Below are positions 10,816 to 23,063 of a stretch of 64,000 nucleotides of DNA, piece after piece. A program made the translations under genes and the position numbers. The notes below the pieces were generated by a model. It was not told the DNA's origin and did no database searches. It was given only the letters and a program-made list of their open reading frames with translations. The DNA is from Eledone cirrhosa. Lineage: Eukaryota. How positions within the stretch are numbered: position 1 is the stretch's first letter; every line of letters begins with the position of its first letter. The stretch spans positions 35,650,001 through 35,714,000 of the forward strand of contig OZ024751.1 in NCBI GenBank assembly GCA_964016885.1, in the 5' to 3' direction.

Positions 10816-13599
10816 TACTCAAATATATATATACACACGCACATGTTTATATATACATATGTATCTACACACATCTCTCGATATATATATACACACACAT
10901 ACATATGTATATACACATTCCCTCCCTCTCTCTATATACACATGTTTATATATACATCTCTCTCTCTCTCTATATATATATACATATATATAATCACATG
11001 AATTTCCATTATACGATTGCTTATTATTTCTATTAAGTTTTAATTACGTAACATATTTACATAATTTGTTTTCTATTTTCTCTCTAAACAAAACCAATAA
11101 AAATATTAAATATGTCTCTAAATATTTCCCTCCACTTTTAACTGCCCCTACACAGTTTCGAAACCCTAACCAAATCTTCATCTTATTTATTCTCCACAGT
11201 TTGATGATGATGGAAGTGTGTAGTGGAGACTTAATCTGTATATATAATTTTACTCCCATTTATATAAATAACATTACAAATTGTTTATAATTCTTACAGA
11301 ATGAAAATATAAACACATATTATATAATGAGTTAAACTATAATAATTAACTATATATATAATTGTTTCTACTTTTGGCACAAGGCCAGCAATTATCCCAG
11401 TGCAATAAAGTACCAGTAATGCACTGGATTAATTGCTGGCCTTGTGCCAAAAGTAGAAACAGTTATATATATATAGAGTTAATTATTATAGTTTAACTCA
11501 TTTCTTAAAACAAACCCTAAATCTAACCTTAATTTATTAGAAAGGGGACACACCAACATTCCGTCTCTCTTGTGGGGTACTGACTAATTCTTATTTCTTT
11601 TCTAAATTGAATTATATAAATTCTATTTAGATACAATAAAAACCCTTTAAATATTAATAAGTAGTGTTTATATCAATTTGAAATGTGGAATTTGTACTAA
11701 TTTTGTAAATAACCAAGTGACAAAAAGCTTTCTTTTCTTTTCAAAGACACCAATAATGATGATAGATCGATGATCGTTCAATAAATATTAACAACTGCAA
11801 GTGGTTATTTTTATTATATGTTGGCATATTAACCCTTTTGTTACCAAACCACTTGAAACCGGCTCAGCTCTGACTCTATAATAATAAAAACTGTTTGTTT
11901 TAAAGTGTTTATATTCAATATATCTAAACATCTTCCATCAACATTTTACGTAAGAACCTTTGTTATGTTGGAAACAACTTAATGCAAAACTTAGTTGTGT
12001 TATTAAATCTCCAAATTATTGATTGTTTAATAATAAATAATTTCAAAACCATAGACAGTGTCTTTAATTAGAAATCTGGTAATGAAAGAGAGAAGGGCGC
12101 AGTTGACAACCTCAAACCGGCATTTGTGATATATATACATGTACACACATATTTAATCGATTTCAAAATTGCGGCAATATTTAAACATTAAATGTAAACT
12201 CGCTGCAATTTTGAAATCAATTAAATAAATATTAGTAATATATTGGATTCTAGATTCAATTCGATTTACAAAACATTACAAAAACATTTTGCAATAAATT
12301 TCCTTTTGCATAAAAGAAAAAAAAAAAGATAAAAAAAGGAAAATGGCGAGTTTGTCGGTTTGAAGAGACAGGTGCGAGTTGTTAGACTCCCGGGTTCCAT
12401 TTACTCGACTATTGTCAGTAGTAATTAATTAATTAATACATTCAGTTTGAATTATTATTGTACTTGATCAATAAACCACATTGATAAAGGTACAGAAATA
12501 TATATATATATATATTAAGTAATATATTAAGAGTAATTTAGTAACCAAAATAAGCGACAATTTATAGGAAATTAATAAAAACAAGACAGGCAAGTAAATA
12601 TTTTTTTTTCTAACTGATATGAGCATCGGGGTAGGATCTTATTTCTTCTGTAGATCCGACTTAGTTTTTTAACCAACGAAGTTTCGACACTCTTGGTACC
12701 GAGTTCGAATCCCACAGATTCACCCACAATCAGTAAAAAAATTTTTTTTTTCGAAGTAAGGCTTCTATTTTTGTTCTTGTTGCTGTTTTATCTAAAACGA
12801 CAACCAGAGTAAAATTGAATTCAGTTATATCTGTAATATAAACTTAAAAGTCTCGTTTAGTCTTTGTTTTGTAAAAAGTTTTATTAAATTGAGCCATATC
12901 CTGTCTAAAAAAAATTGCATGTGACTGGGTGTCTACGTTACGAGAAGTATGTTATGTGTGTGTATACTTACGAGCTGTGGTTACTCCTGATTGAATCATA
13001 GTATCTTTATTATAGTTTTCTCTGTATCTCTTCTCTAAATATGAACCTTAATATAATCACCATACCTAAACTGAAATTTTTATGGTTTACTTTATTTCTT
13101 GTTTTCCGCTAATTCTAGGCCTGATCCAATATTATGTTTATTTTCTGTGAGTTACTCTACAGAACTTTATCTAAACTTAAAGCACGGTCAATCACCAAAG
13201 AAGGCAAGGCACTCACAATATATTTTTCATCTGAATGTGGGGTAATAACCGAAAAAATATGATCGCGAATACAAGTGGCTGAAATGGGTCGATAGAGTGT
13301 GTAGCCCAGAGATCAGAGATTAACTCAAGGTAGAGCCACCACTTCTCTGAATGGAGAGATCCCAGCTCCAATACTATTGGCATGTGGTTAGAATTGCTGG
13401 ACAATTTTTATGGGCAAAACCAACTGGCAGGAGACTCAAGGGTAGACGCCAAGCAAGATGGTTGGATAACATCCATGAGCTTGGCTGGTCTCACTTATGG
13501 ATCCAGCCTGGATCAGTTGGAGATGGTTGATTCTGACAGGACCTGCTAGGAGTGTTTGAGGACTCTACCCTCACAACCCTCTCAGGAATATGTGGGTGG

Positions 13600-14140
13600 A
13601 GATCATTATTCTGGCTCCTATTAGTTGGACATTGATATTAGAATTTCCAATGGCTGCAATTACCAAAATGGAAAGGATATAGAAGTCAGATTTACCCAGG
13701 AAAATAAAAATATTCTTCCAAACATCTGTTGAGTCAATGTTGTTGTATGGATCAGGTACATGGACCCTGACACAGGACTTGTGAACGAACTAGATGGTGC
13801 ATAAACTAAAATACTAAGGGTTGTACAAAACATAAACTGGCATCAGCATATTACAAATGACAGTTTATATGGAAACTTGGCCAAGATAACAACTACAATT
13901 ACTCAAAGATGGTTACGATTTGCAGGACATTGCTGAAGAAGTAGGAAATTATACGCAAGTTACTATTGTGGGAACCAACTCATGGGAGATGCAATAGAGA
14001 GGAAGACCTGCTTGAACCTTCATAGATCAACTCAGACGATAAGAACCTCAGTAGGGAACAGCTTCAAGGAGTTATGGTAAATCATGAATTGTGGAGACTT
14101 TGTCAGGAATGTTTGACAGTCGTCGCTATGAGGATTAGTT
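13600..14140 (+). mobile_element. Decayed RTE/RTE-X-like LINE 3' fragment in MBD2/3 intron 1
   Basis: Broken translation SVESMLLYGSGTWTLT...LRVVQNINWHQHITNDSLYGNLAKITTTITQRWLRFAGHC*...LLLWEPTHGR, with stops and frameshifts. Confidence 0.75.
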
Positions 14141-14194
14141 AAATAAAAACTCCTACTTGCTGCTTGAATATATATTTCTCTCTTTACTTTTCAG

Positions 14195-14352
14195 TCCTGA
14201 TGGCAAGAAAATTCGCAGTAAACCCCAGCTGGCTCGACACCTCGGAGATGTTATTGATCTCAGTGCTTTTGACTTCCGTACCGGACGAATCATCCACAGT
14301 GCCCTACGGAAAAGCAAGCGGTCAAAAGGTTCGTTGTTTGACTTTGCTCGAG
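14195..14352 (+). CDS. MBD2/3: MBD2/3 coding exon 2 (C-terminal half of the MBD)
   Basis: Polypyrimidine tract and TTTTCAG acceptor. Encodes (S)PDGKKIRSKPQLARHLGDVIDLSAFDFRTGRIIHSALRKSKRSKGSLFDFAR(G). Donor G|GTGTGT. Phase 2 in, phase 1 out, consistent with both neighbours. Confidence 0.95.
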
Positions 14353-14659
14353 GTGTGTAATTCTTTATTTCCGACTATAAGTTACTTGGGAAATGGTGGT
14401 GGACACAGAGATACTGATAGGTGGCTGAGGTTTGAAATTTCTTTATTTCCGACTTTAAGTTGCTCTAGATCTTGTCCTGGGAAATGTTAGAGAACAGTCA
14501 ATTAGTCACAGTTTTGTTATTAACTTTTTTCATACCAACCCATCCAAAACTGCCTCTGGTTTTATGTAACAAAACCACCCATTTTAAATGGGTTACTATT
14601 TAAATTAAAACATTCCAACATAAATTTTATATAAGAATCTTTTGTTATGTTATAAATAC

Positions 14660-15275
14660 CATCATCATCATTTAACATTCGTTTTTTTCTATGTTTGCAT
14701 GGGTTGGATGGGTCTCTTCCAGAACAGCCTCTCTTTACTCATTGCAGTCCTTTGTCAACTTGACTGAGATTCAGTAATTTGAGATCAGCTCTCATAACTT
14801 ACATCCTAGTTTTTCTTGGACTCCCTCTACTGTAGCTCTCTTGTCTTCTGGGATTTCTTGGCACTTCTTCAGATAAAGATCATCATCCATACACATCATA
14901 TGACCATACCAGTGCGGTCTTATATCCAGCTTTTCTCTCAGCTTGACCATGCTTTGGTATTCATTCACATTAGCATTACCTACTCTCACTTTACTGACAG
15001 CTTCTCTGTACATGGCTAGCATTGCTCTTACAAGCCATTCCTCTCCACCCAGTTTCCTTAAGGACCAGATTATAGTACTCTGTTAAAGACCTTTAGATCA
15101 ACAAAACCCAGATATAGTGGCTTACACTTAGCTAGGAACTTCTCTTGTAGTTGTTTCACTAAGAAGGTGTCATCCGTGGTGCTCCTCTCTGGCACAAAAC
15201 CTAACTGTAGCTCATCTAATTTGACTCTTTCCTTAATTAGTTGTGCTAAAACTCTTTCTATCACTTTCATAACTT
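14660..15275 (-). mobile_element. Internally deleted RTE-clade LINE fragment in MBD2/3 intron 2
   Basis: RT motif MKVIERVL...QLGFVPERSTTDDTFLVKQLQEKFLAK..LYLGFVDLK joined to the C-terminal WYGHMMCMDDD...KKCQE segment, with a (GAT)n tail near 14660. Confidence 0.85.
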
Positions 15276-15456
15276 CAACAGGGGGTTCTTTACAGTGGAG
15301 GTCCTGAAAGGTTAGGGAGCTGGTTAGAGTGGTGGGCCCTTAACAGGAAACTCTTTACAGTGGAGGTCCTAAACAGTTAGGGAGCTGGTTAGAGAAGCAA
15401 GTAACAACCATTATTAAACTTATCATTAATTTCTCCTAATTTTATTTCTTTGGCAG

Positions 15457-15599
15457 GAATGCGCCACGACTCCAGTTTAGCATTGCCAATCCGACAGACA
15501 GCTTCCATATTTAAACAACCAGTGACAGTCATTCGAACACGTCCAGAGAGTCGACCCAAGACAGATCTCAAACATGGGCCACAGGAGCAGCCTAAACAG
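15457..15599 (+). CDS. MBD2/3: MBD2/3 coding exon 3
   Basis: Acceptor TTTGGCAG. Encodes (G)MRHDSSLALPIRQTASIFKQPVTVIRTRPESRPKTDLKHGPQEQPKQ, containing the hallmark LPIRQTASIFKQPVT. Donor CAG|GTAAAC. Confidence 0.95.
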
Positions 15600-16265
15600 G
15601 TAAACCTTCTTGTTCAGCTTAAGTAACAGCCTGTAGCCTTTTGTTTATGTCTGAGCTTCAGTCTCAAACCTTGGGCCACAAGTGCAGCCTAAACAGGTGG
15701 AATTTTTAATTAATTAAGAGGTAGATCTTGTTCAGCAGGCTGTAGCCTTCTATCTCTGTCTGAGCTTTAAGCTTTGACGAGAGAGATAGCTAGTGGTGGA
15801 TGTTGTTTAATCCTAGATTAGTCCTCTGTGCTAATTTGATTGATACAAACACACAAACACACACACACATTTGTTGTTAGAGAAGTTGTGGAGATGAAGT
15901 TTTCATCATGTTTTATGTCCATCTTCTGAGACAGGTTGGAGAATCACATCTTACTTAGAAGTTTCTTGTTTGACAAGGTTTTTATAGGCTGGATGTCCTT
16001 CCTAATGCCAACCTTTTTACAGAGTGTACTGGGTGCATTTTATCATGGCACCACTACTACTATACACAGTGTACTGGGTACATTTTATTATGGCACCAGC
16101 ACTACTATACAGAGTGTACAGGGTGCATTTTATCATGGCTTATCTCTCTCCACACTACCAATATTGTCCAAGGGAAAGACAAAAGCTGATACAACTTGGC
16201 ACCATTGTTGTTGTAGTCCTTTATATTGTCCAGCTGAGTGGATTATGAGCATTGTGAAAGTAAAG

Positions 16266-16440
16266 TGTGATATGTAAAATGTAGGATATCATCCCACATG
16301 TGTGATATGTAAAATGTAGGATATCACCCCACATGTGTGATATGTAAAATGTAGGATATCACCCCACATGTGTGATATGTAAAATGTAGGATATCACCCC
16401 ACATGTGTGATATGTAAAATGTAGGATATCATCCCACATG
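16266..16440. repeat. 35-bp minisatellite, 5 copies
   Basis: Unit TGTGATATGTAAAATGTAGGATATCA(C/T)CCCACATG starting at 16266, 16301, 16336, 16371 and 16406. Confidence 0.95.
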
Positions 16441-16485
16441 TTTGGATAGTATTGTATGTTATATGTAAATCTTGTTGTTTTTCAG

Positions 16486-16576
16486 TTGTTTTGGGAGAAA
16501 CGGTTACGAGGTGTCCAGCCTCGTGATGTCAACGATGACCCATTTGTTGCTTTGGAACTTCCCCTCAATATGCAAG
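16486..16576 (+). CDS. MBD2/3: MBD2/3 coding exon 4
   Basis: Acceptor TTTTTCAG. Encodes LFWEKRLRGVQPRDVNDDPFVALELPLNMQ(G), with the conserved LFWEKRL motif. Donor AAG|GTAAAT. Confidence 0.95.
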
Positions 16577-16995
16577 GTAAATATTTCTATAAAATTGTTT
16601 ATTTTTATTTACCATATATACTTGAATATAAGACTCCCTTGATTATTTTATTTGAGAAATGGGTAAAAATTCAAACCCCATTTATAAGCCACAGCAACAC
16701 ATTGGTTGTATATAAGACCCCCCCCCCCCCCCATTAAAACATTGATATTTTTTGGTCACATATTCTCATATTCCTCAGCTTATATTCATATGGTGTATCA
16801 TTCTTAGACATTCTCTACTACTGTGTTATTTTAAACTCCCCTTCTTTAGCATCATCATCATCGTTTTTATGTCTGCTTTTCCACATTTCTAATGTGCCAC
16901 ATTCCTAGAGTTGTTGTTTACTGTAAGTTAAATGTGCCACGTTTCAAGTGTAGCAGGAATTGACATGTTTGATATATTTCCAGCTCTCTTTGTAG

Positions 16996-17147
16996 GTGTT
17001 GGTCCTGACTTGACCACCGAGAATATTCTGCAGAGCATCGCGGCAGCTTTACACGTTAGTAACATCCCTGTTACTGGTCAGAATTCTAGTAAATCAATCC
17101 AGAAAAACCCTGGAGTCAACATGGATGCTAACCAACCGAAAATGCAG
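16996..17147 (+). CDS. MBD2/3: MBD2/3 coding exon 5
   Basis: Acceptor CTTTGTAG. Encodes (G)VGPDLTTENILQSIAAALHVSNIPVTGQNSSKSIQKNPGVNMDANQPKMQ (GVGP, ALH, PVTGQ, KNP motifs of the MBD2/3 C-terminal region). Donor CAG|GTAACT. Confidence 0.95.
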
Positions 17148-17509
17148 GTAACTCAGCCAATTTTTAATAATTTCATTGAATCTCTTCTACAATGTCTCAA
17201 GTTAATTAGCTTGATCTAGAGTTGTTAACAGGTGAGGTAAAGTTTATTCATTGTATCTATCTTTTGAAAAAAAATGGCATGAACATCTCCAGTTCTCCTT
17301 TCCCTGAATTTTTGTGTCTGTGTAAATAAATTACTACCTTCATTATGATCAACATCACCAGCATCATTATTGTATATCATAAAAACAGCTGAGAAATCTC
17401 CTATGAGATGTAACTTCTTAGGATGTCAGTGTAACCTACATAGGTGTGATCTGTGACAACATGATAGGACTTGGACACCTATCATAAAAACAGCCAAGGA
17501 ACCTCTTAT

Positions 17510-19262
17510 GAGATGTAACCTTGTAGGAAGCCAGCTAAACCTACATAGGTGTGAGCTGTAACTTTGTAGGAAGCCAGTTAAACCTCCATAGGTGTGAGCT
17601 GTAACTTTGTAGGAAGCCAGTTAAACCTTCATAGGTGTGAGCTGTAACCTACATAGGTGAGAGCTGTAACTTTGTAGGAAGCCAGTTAAACCTTCATAGG
17701 TGAGAGCTGTAACTTTGTAGGAAGCCAGTTAAACCTTCATAGGTGAGAGCTGTAACTTTGTAGGAAGCCAGTTAAACCTTCATAGGTGAGAGCTGTAACT
17801 TTGTAGGAAGCCAGTTAAACCTTCATAGGTGAGAGCTGTAACTTTGTAGGAAGCCAGTTAAACCTTCATAGGTGAGAGCTGTAACTTTGTAGGAAGCCAG
17901 TTAAACCTTCATAGGTGAGAGCTGTAACTTTGTAGGAAGCCAGCTAAACCTTCATAGGTGAGAGCTGTAACTTTGTAGGAAGCCAGTTAAACCTACATAG
18001 GTGAGAGCTGTAACTTTGTAGGAAGCCAGTTAAACCTTCATAGGTGAGAGCTGTAACTTTGTAGGAAGCCAGCTAAACCTTCATAGGTGAGAGCTGTAAC
18101 TTTGTAGGAAGCCAGTTAAACCTTCATAGGTGAGAGCTGTAACTTTGTACGAAGCCAGTTAAACCTACATAGGTGAGAGCTGTAACTTTGTAGGAAGCCA
18201 GTTAAACCTACATAGGTGAGAGCTGTAACTTTGTACGAAGCCAGTTAAACCTACATAGGTGAGAGCTGTAACTTTGTAGGAAGCCAGCTAAACCTACATA
18301 GGCGAGAGCTGTAACTTTGTAGGAAGCCAGTTAAACCTACATAGGTGTGAGCTGTAACTTTGTAGGAAGCCAGTTAAACCTTCATAGGTGAGAGCTGTAA
18401 CTTTGTAGGAAGCCAGTTAAACCTTCATAGGTGAGAGCTGTAACTTTGTAGGAAGCCAGTTAAACCTTCATAGGTGAGAGCTGTAACTTTGTAGGAAGCC
18501 AGTTAAACCTTCATAGGTGAGAGCTGTAACTTTGTAGGAAGCCAGTTAAACCTTCATAGGTGAGAGCTGTAACTTTGTAGGAAGCCAGTTAAACCTTCAT
18601 AGGTGAGAGCTGTAACTTTGTAGGAAGCCAGTTAAACCTTCATAGGTGAGAGCTGTAACTTTGTAGGAAGCCAGTTAAACCTTCATAGGTGAGAGCTGTA
18701 ACTTTGTAGGAAGCCAGTTAAACCTTCATAGGTGTGAGCTGTAACCTACATAGGTGAGAGCTGTAACTTTGTAGGAAGCCAGCTAAACCTACATAGGTGT
18801 GAGCTGTAACTTTGTAGGAAGCCAGTTAAACCTACATAGGTGAGAGCTGTAACTTTGTAGGAAGCCAGTTAAACCTTCATAGGTGTGAGCTGTAACTTTG
18901 TAGGAAGCCAGTTAAACCTTCATAGGTGAGAGCTGTAACTTTGTAGGAAGCCAGTTAAACCTTCATAGGTGTGAGCTGTAACTTTGTAGGAAGCCAGTTA
19001 AACCTTCATAGGTGAGAGCTGTAACTTTGTAGGAAGCCAGTTAAACCTTCATAAGTGTGAGCTGTAACTTTGTAGGAAGCCAGTTAAACCTACATAGGTG
19101 AGAGCTGTAACTTTGTAGGAAGCCAGTTAAACCTTCATAGGTGTGAGCTGTAACTTTGTAGGAAGCCAGTTAAACCTACATAGGCGAGAGCTGTAACCTA
19201 TATTGGTGTGAGCTGTAACTTTGTAGGAAGCCAGCTAAACCTACATATGTGTGAGCTGTAAC
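17510..19262. repeat. 43-bp minisatellite, about 40 copies, in MBD2/3 intron 5
   Basis: Unit GAGCTGTAACTTTGTAGGAAGCCAGTTAAACCTTCATAGGTGA, with occasional ~22-bp deleted units. Confidence 0.97.
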
Positions 19263-19861
19263 GACAACAGTTGAGTGGTCACAAAATTTCACATAGTTTA
19301 CAGTTAGCTAAGGTAATAAATTGGCAGAGTTGTTAAGCCTTAAAAAGTGCCTCAGTATTTGTTCTGGCTGTCTGTACTATCAGTTCAAGTCTCCAACAGA
19401 GGTCAAATTACCTGTCATCCTCTTGAGGTTGATAAAGTACCAGTCCAGTACTGAAGTTGATTCTCTCCCGCACTCGCATTTTGCTTCTCACTCACACTCT
19501 CTCGCATTCTCCTTCTCACTCACACACTCTCACTCACTCACTCACTCACTCTCACTCACATATTCACTCTCTCTCTCTCTCTCTCACAGAGATAATCTGT
19601 GTTCAGACCTGGGGAAGTTTAAAATACCCAAGACATGTCATATGTCATGGCAGCTCCCTTATAAGGAGTTGGGGTCCCCTTATGTAATAGCATGCTGCTG
19701 AAAATGTGTTCATGACAAATATTTGGTGTTGGTGTTGTTCTTGTTGTTGTTTGCATGTTGCAAATATTAGAAAAGTTATGTTTTGGCTTTGTTTCTTCTG
19801 TAGCTTATGTTTTTTTTTTTAACCCATCATTAATTAATTAATTAAATAATAATAATAATAA

Positions 19862-20015
19862 TAATCCCACACAGACAGATACATAACCCAAGCCTCAGGA
19901 CTTAAACACAATAGACAGAATAACACTGCTAGGCACTGCACGCACATATGAAGAATACTCTCATTACAATAGAAATAACAACACTGCATCTACCCAAGGC
20001 ACACACAGCTGTGCT
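19862..20015 (+). mobile_element. R4/Dong-like RLE non-LTR retrotransposon 3' remnant next to (TAA)n
   Basis: Broken reading ITLLGTA...RILSLQ* resembles the LLGTAHILR C-terminus of R4/Dong-type ORFs, and it directly follows a (TAA)n tract. Confidence 0.5.
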
Positions 20016-21266
20016 CGTTTATGCAAGATGACATGCAATAATAATAATTAAAAAAAAATATTATCATCATCATCTTTATCATTTTCCAGCCGCCCAACCC
20101 ATACCTGCATGGCTGGGATTGATCATTATACTTAATCAGAGTTACGGTCCTTTTAGGTTCGGTGTGGTGGGGGACCCCATCTAACTCAATACATTCCATT
20201 TTTGGCATGGTTTCTATGTCTGGATGTATTTCTTAATGCCAGCTACTCTATCGAGTGTACCATGTGACAACAGACTGAGGATCTTGTTCTAGAAGAAGTC
20301 TTGTACTCCCAGTTGCTTACCAGTAATGAAACTAGTATAAGCTCCGACCTAATGAGCCTCCTCAGGGCTGTAGACAGGCTTTTGTTATAAGTTTTTAACA
20401 TGTACTCTCTAAAATCAGAAGTTTTATGATAATCTCTTAGTAGTTGAGGAAGAGTCATGTGGTAGTTTGTGTAGGTTTCAAAGTTTTGTGATAATCCTTC
20501 TAATATTTGAGAGAGAGACAGACATACCATGAAAATATTGGTTGTTTGAGCCCCAAAGTTTTCTAATAAACCCCGAATATTTAATATTTAAGAGAGAGAG
20601 AGAGTGAGTGAGAGTGATATCCTGTGATAATATTCACTGGTCATATATGGAGTTCAAAGTTGCAAAGACATGATTTGTTGACTGTAAAAGTGGGGAGGTT
20701 ATTTACTTCATTTTTCCAACTTCCAGCCCTATCATGTTGAAACACAACTTTGCAATGGATCAGCAAATTTAAGCAGCAACAGCCCTGGTTAGTTCATCTT
20801 TTTGTTTTGTTGAAATTATTATTTCTCAATTTCCTTCCCTCCATATCTCTCTGTCTTGAAATTTTTTCATAGTTTTTTTTTTTTAAATTTAAATTTTTTG
20901 TACTGAATTTATTTCACAAACCGAATGAATTTATTCTATTCCAGAGCTGTTTCACAAAAACTGATCAACATTCAGTTGTTATTATCTCATGTGGTGTCTT
21001 AGTTGAGGTTAACCCTACTAACATTTAAACTTAATCTTTTTAATACCAATCCATCTAAAACCTCCCCCTGAATCTATGTAACACAGCCACCCATTTTAAA
21101 GGCCCCCTATTTAGATTAAGATCTTTCAATATAATAACAAGAATGTTTTATTAAATTATAGCTTCTTAATAACGAAATAGTTAATTATTTTTTTTAACTC
21201 CCTCTGTATTCTTAATTAATTAACTCAAATACAGAGTATTTAATTATAAATATGTTAACGAAAGGG

Positions 21267-21469
21267 TTAATTCTTTAGCAATTACATTATTCTATATATA
21301 CTATTATATTTTCACAGTAAAAGCTTTATCATATATAATATCGAATCTATGAGATTTTAATATTTATTTTGAGAACAATACCTTAACATAAGTATGAGTG
21401 GCCAGTTTGAACAGAATGAGGTGAGAGAGTTCTGGCCATATACGACCGGTTTAAATGCTAAAGGGTTAA
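21267..21469 (-). mobile_element. piggyBac-type MITE (TTAA / AAAGGGTTAA ends)
   Basis: Ends TTAATTCTTTAGCA and ATGCTAAAGGGTTAA. Inverted homologue at 22348-22491. Other TTAA-CCC-type MITEs at about 11828-12095, 14520-14655 and 21030-21270. Confidence 0.6.
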
Positions 21470-22347
21470 ACAGAGCTAATTCTCAAAAAGGGTGGGGGTG
21501 GGGGTTCAACTATGAGCATCTCATGTGTTTGAGTTGGAGTTAACCCTGCTAACAGACCTTAAAAACATTGTAAGTTTATTAAGTATAAAATCTTGACCTT
21601 TCATAGTTACAGGACATGAGCACAAACATAAACACAGAAATGTTGGCATATACACACTTTACATAAATTTGTGTATATATATATATGTATGTATGTGTAT
21701 ATATATGTATGTATATATATGAATGTGTATATATATGTATGTATATATATATGTGTATATATATGTATGTGTATATATATATGTATGTGTATGTATATAT
21801 ATATGTATGTGTATATATATAGGTATGTGTATATATATGTATGTGTATATATATGTATGTGTATATATATGTATGTGTATATATATGTATGTGTGTATAT
21901 ATATATGTGTATGTATATATGTATAAATGTGTGTATGTATATATATATATGTATAAATGTGTGCATGTATATATATGTGTAAATGTATGTATATATGTGT
22001 GTATGTATATATATATGTGTGTGTGTGTATATATGTAAATGTGTGTGTGTGTATATATGTAAATGTGTGTGTATATATATATATATATAACTAACTCTGC
22101 AGTTCCCATGGACCAAATTCCAGTCATTTGTCCACCCGATTCTATATTAGAGGACACCCAAGGAAGTGTACTGTGAGACAACCTAGAACCAACTTGTTCT
22201 GAAGAGAACTCCTTAACCACTCAACCATGACTGGGTCTATTTGATAATATATTGATATCTGATGTCACAAGAAGATTAAACATTACTTTAGTTTGATAAC
22301 GTCAACTCCAGATATGATAAAATCAAACATAAGTTGATGTGTCGAGA

Positions 22348-22491
22348 TTAACCCATTAATTAACATTTAAACCAGCTGTATCTGGCCAGAATTCTCTCAC
22401 CTATCTCATAGATTCAATATTATGTGAGATAAAGTCTTTATCATGAAAATATAATAGTATATATAGAATAATGTAAATGGTAAAGGGTTAA
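22348..22491 (+). mobile_element. piggyBac-type MITE, inverted copy of 21267-21469
   Basis: TTAACCC...GTAAAGGGTTAA ends. The internal sequence is the reverse complement of much of 21270-21460. Confidence 0.6.
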
Positions 22492-22494
22492 TAA

Positions 22495-22905
22495 TTACTT
22501 TGGTCTGGTAATATACCAACAGTTGATGTGACAAGATTAAAACTTACTTTGGTTTGGTAATATACCAACAGTTGATGTGACAAGATTAAAACTTACTTTG
22601 GTTTGATAATATACCAACAGTTGATGTGACAAGATTAAAACTTACTTTGGTTTGGTAATATACCAACAGTTAATGTGACAAGATTAAAACTTACTTTGGT
22701 TTGGTAATATACCAACAGTTAATGTGACAAAATTTTAACTTACTTTGGTTTGGTAATATACCAACAGTTGATGTGACAAAATTTTAACTTACTTTGGTTT
22801 GGTAATATACCAACAGTTGATGTGACAAAATTTTAACTTACTTTGGTTTGGTAATATACCAACAGTTGATGTGACAAAATTTTAACTTACTTTGGTTTGG
22901 TAATT
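22495..22905. repeat. 49-bp minisatellite, about 8 copies
   Basis: Unit TTACTTTGGTTTGGTAATATACCAACAGTTGATGTGACAAGATTAAAAC. Later copies switch to the variant ending AAATTTTAAC. Confidence 0.95.
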
Positions 22906-22963
22906 TAAAATTATCTTTATTTACATCTGGGAGTCTCTTTTTTTCTCTCTCTCTTCCGTTCAG

Positions 22964-23059
22964 TACATGATGGTCTCTGATACAGATGTGAAGCGCCAGG
23001 AGTACAAAGTCGTAGAAGCTAGAAAGAAACTTCAAGATGCTTTAGTAGGAGTTTCATAA
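22964..23059 (+). CDS. MBD2/3: MBD2/3 last coding exon (coiled coil that binds p66/GATAD2 in NuRD)
   Basis: Long pyrimidine tract and TTCAG acceptor. Encodes YMMVSDTDVKRQEYKVVEARKKLQDALVGVS*, aligning with MBD2 FIVTDEDIRKQEERVQQVRKKLEEAL. Total CDS 95+158+143+91+152+96 = 735 nt. Confidence 0.92.
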   Translation, partial: YMMVSDTDVKRQEYKVVEARKKLQDALVGVS

Positions 23060-23063
23060 TTCT

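Noticed and set aside
12670-12730. tRNA gene suggested by GAGTTCGAATCCC
   Set aside because: I could not fold a cloverleaf with acceptor, D and anticodon stems. More likely a SINE or tRNA relic.
15389-15571. Minus-strand ORF (likewise 22838-23035)
   Set aside because: Antisense shadows of MBD2/3 exons.
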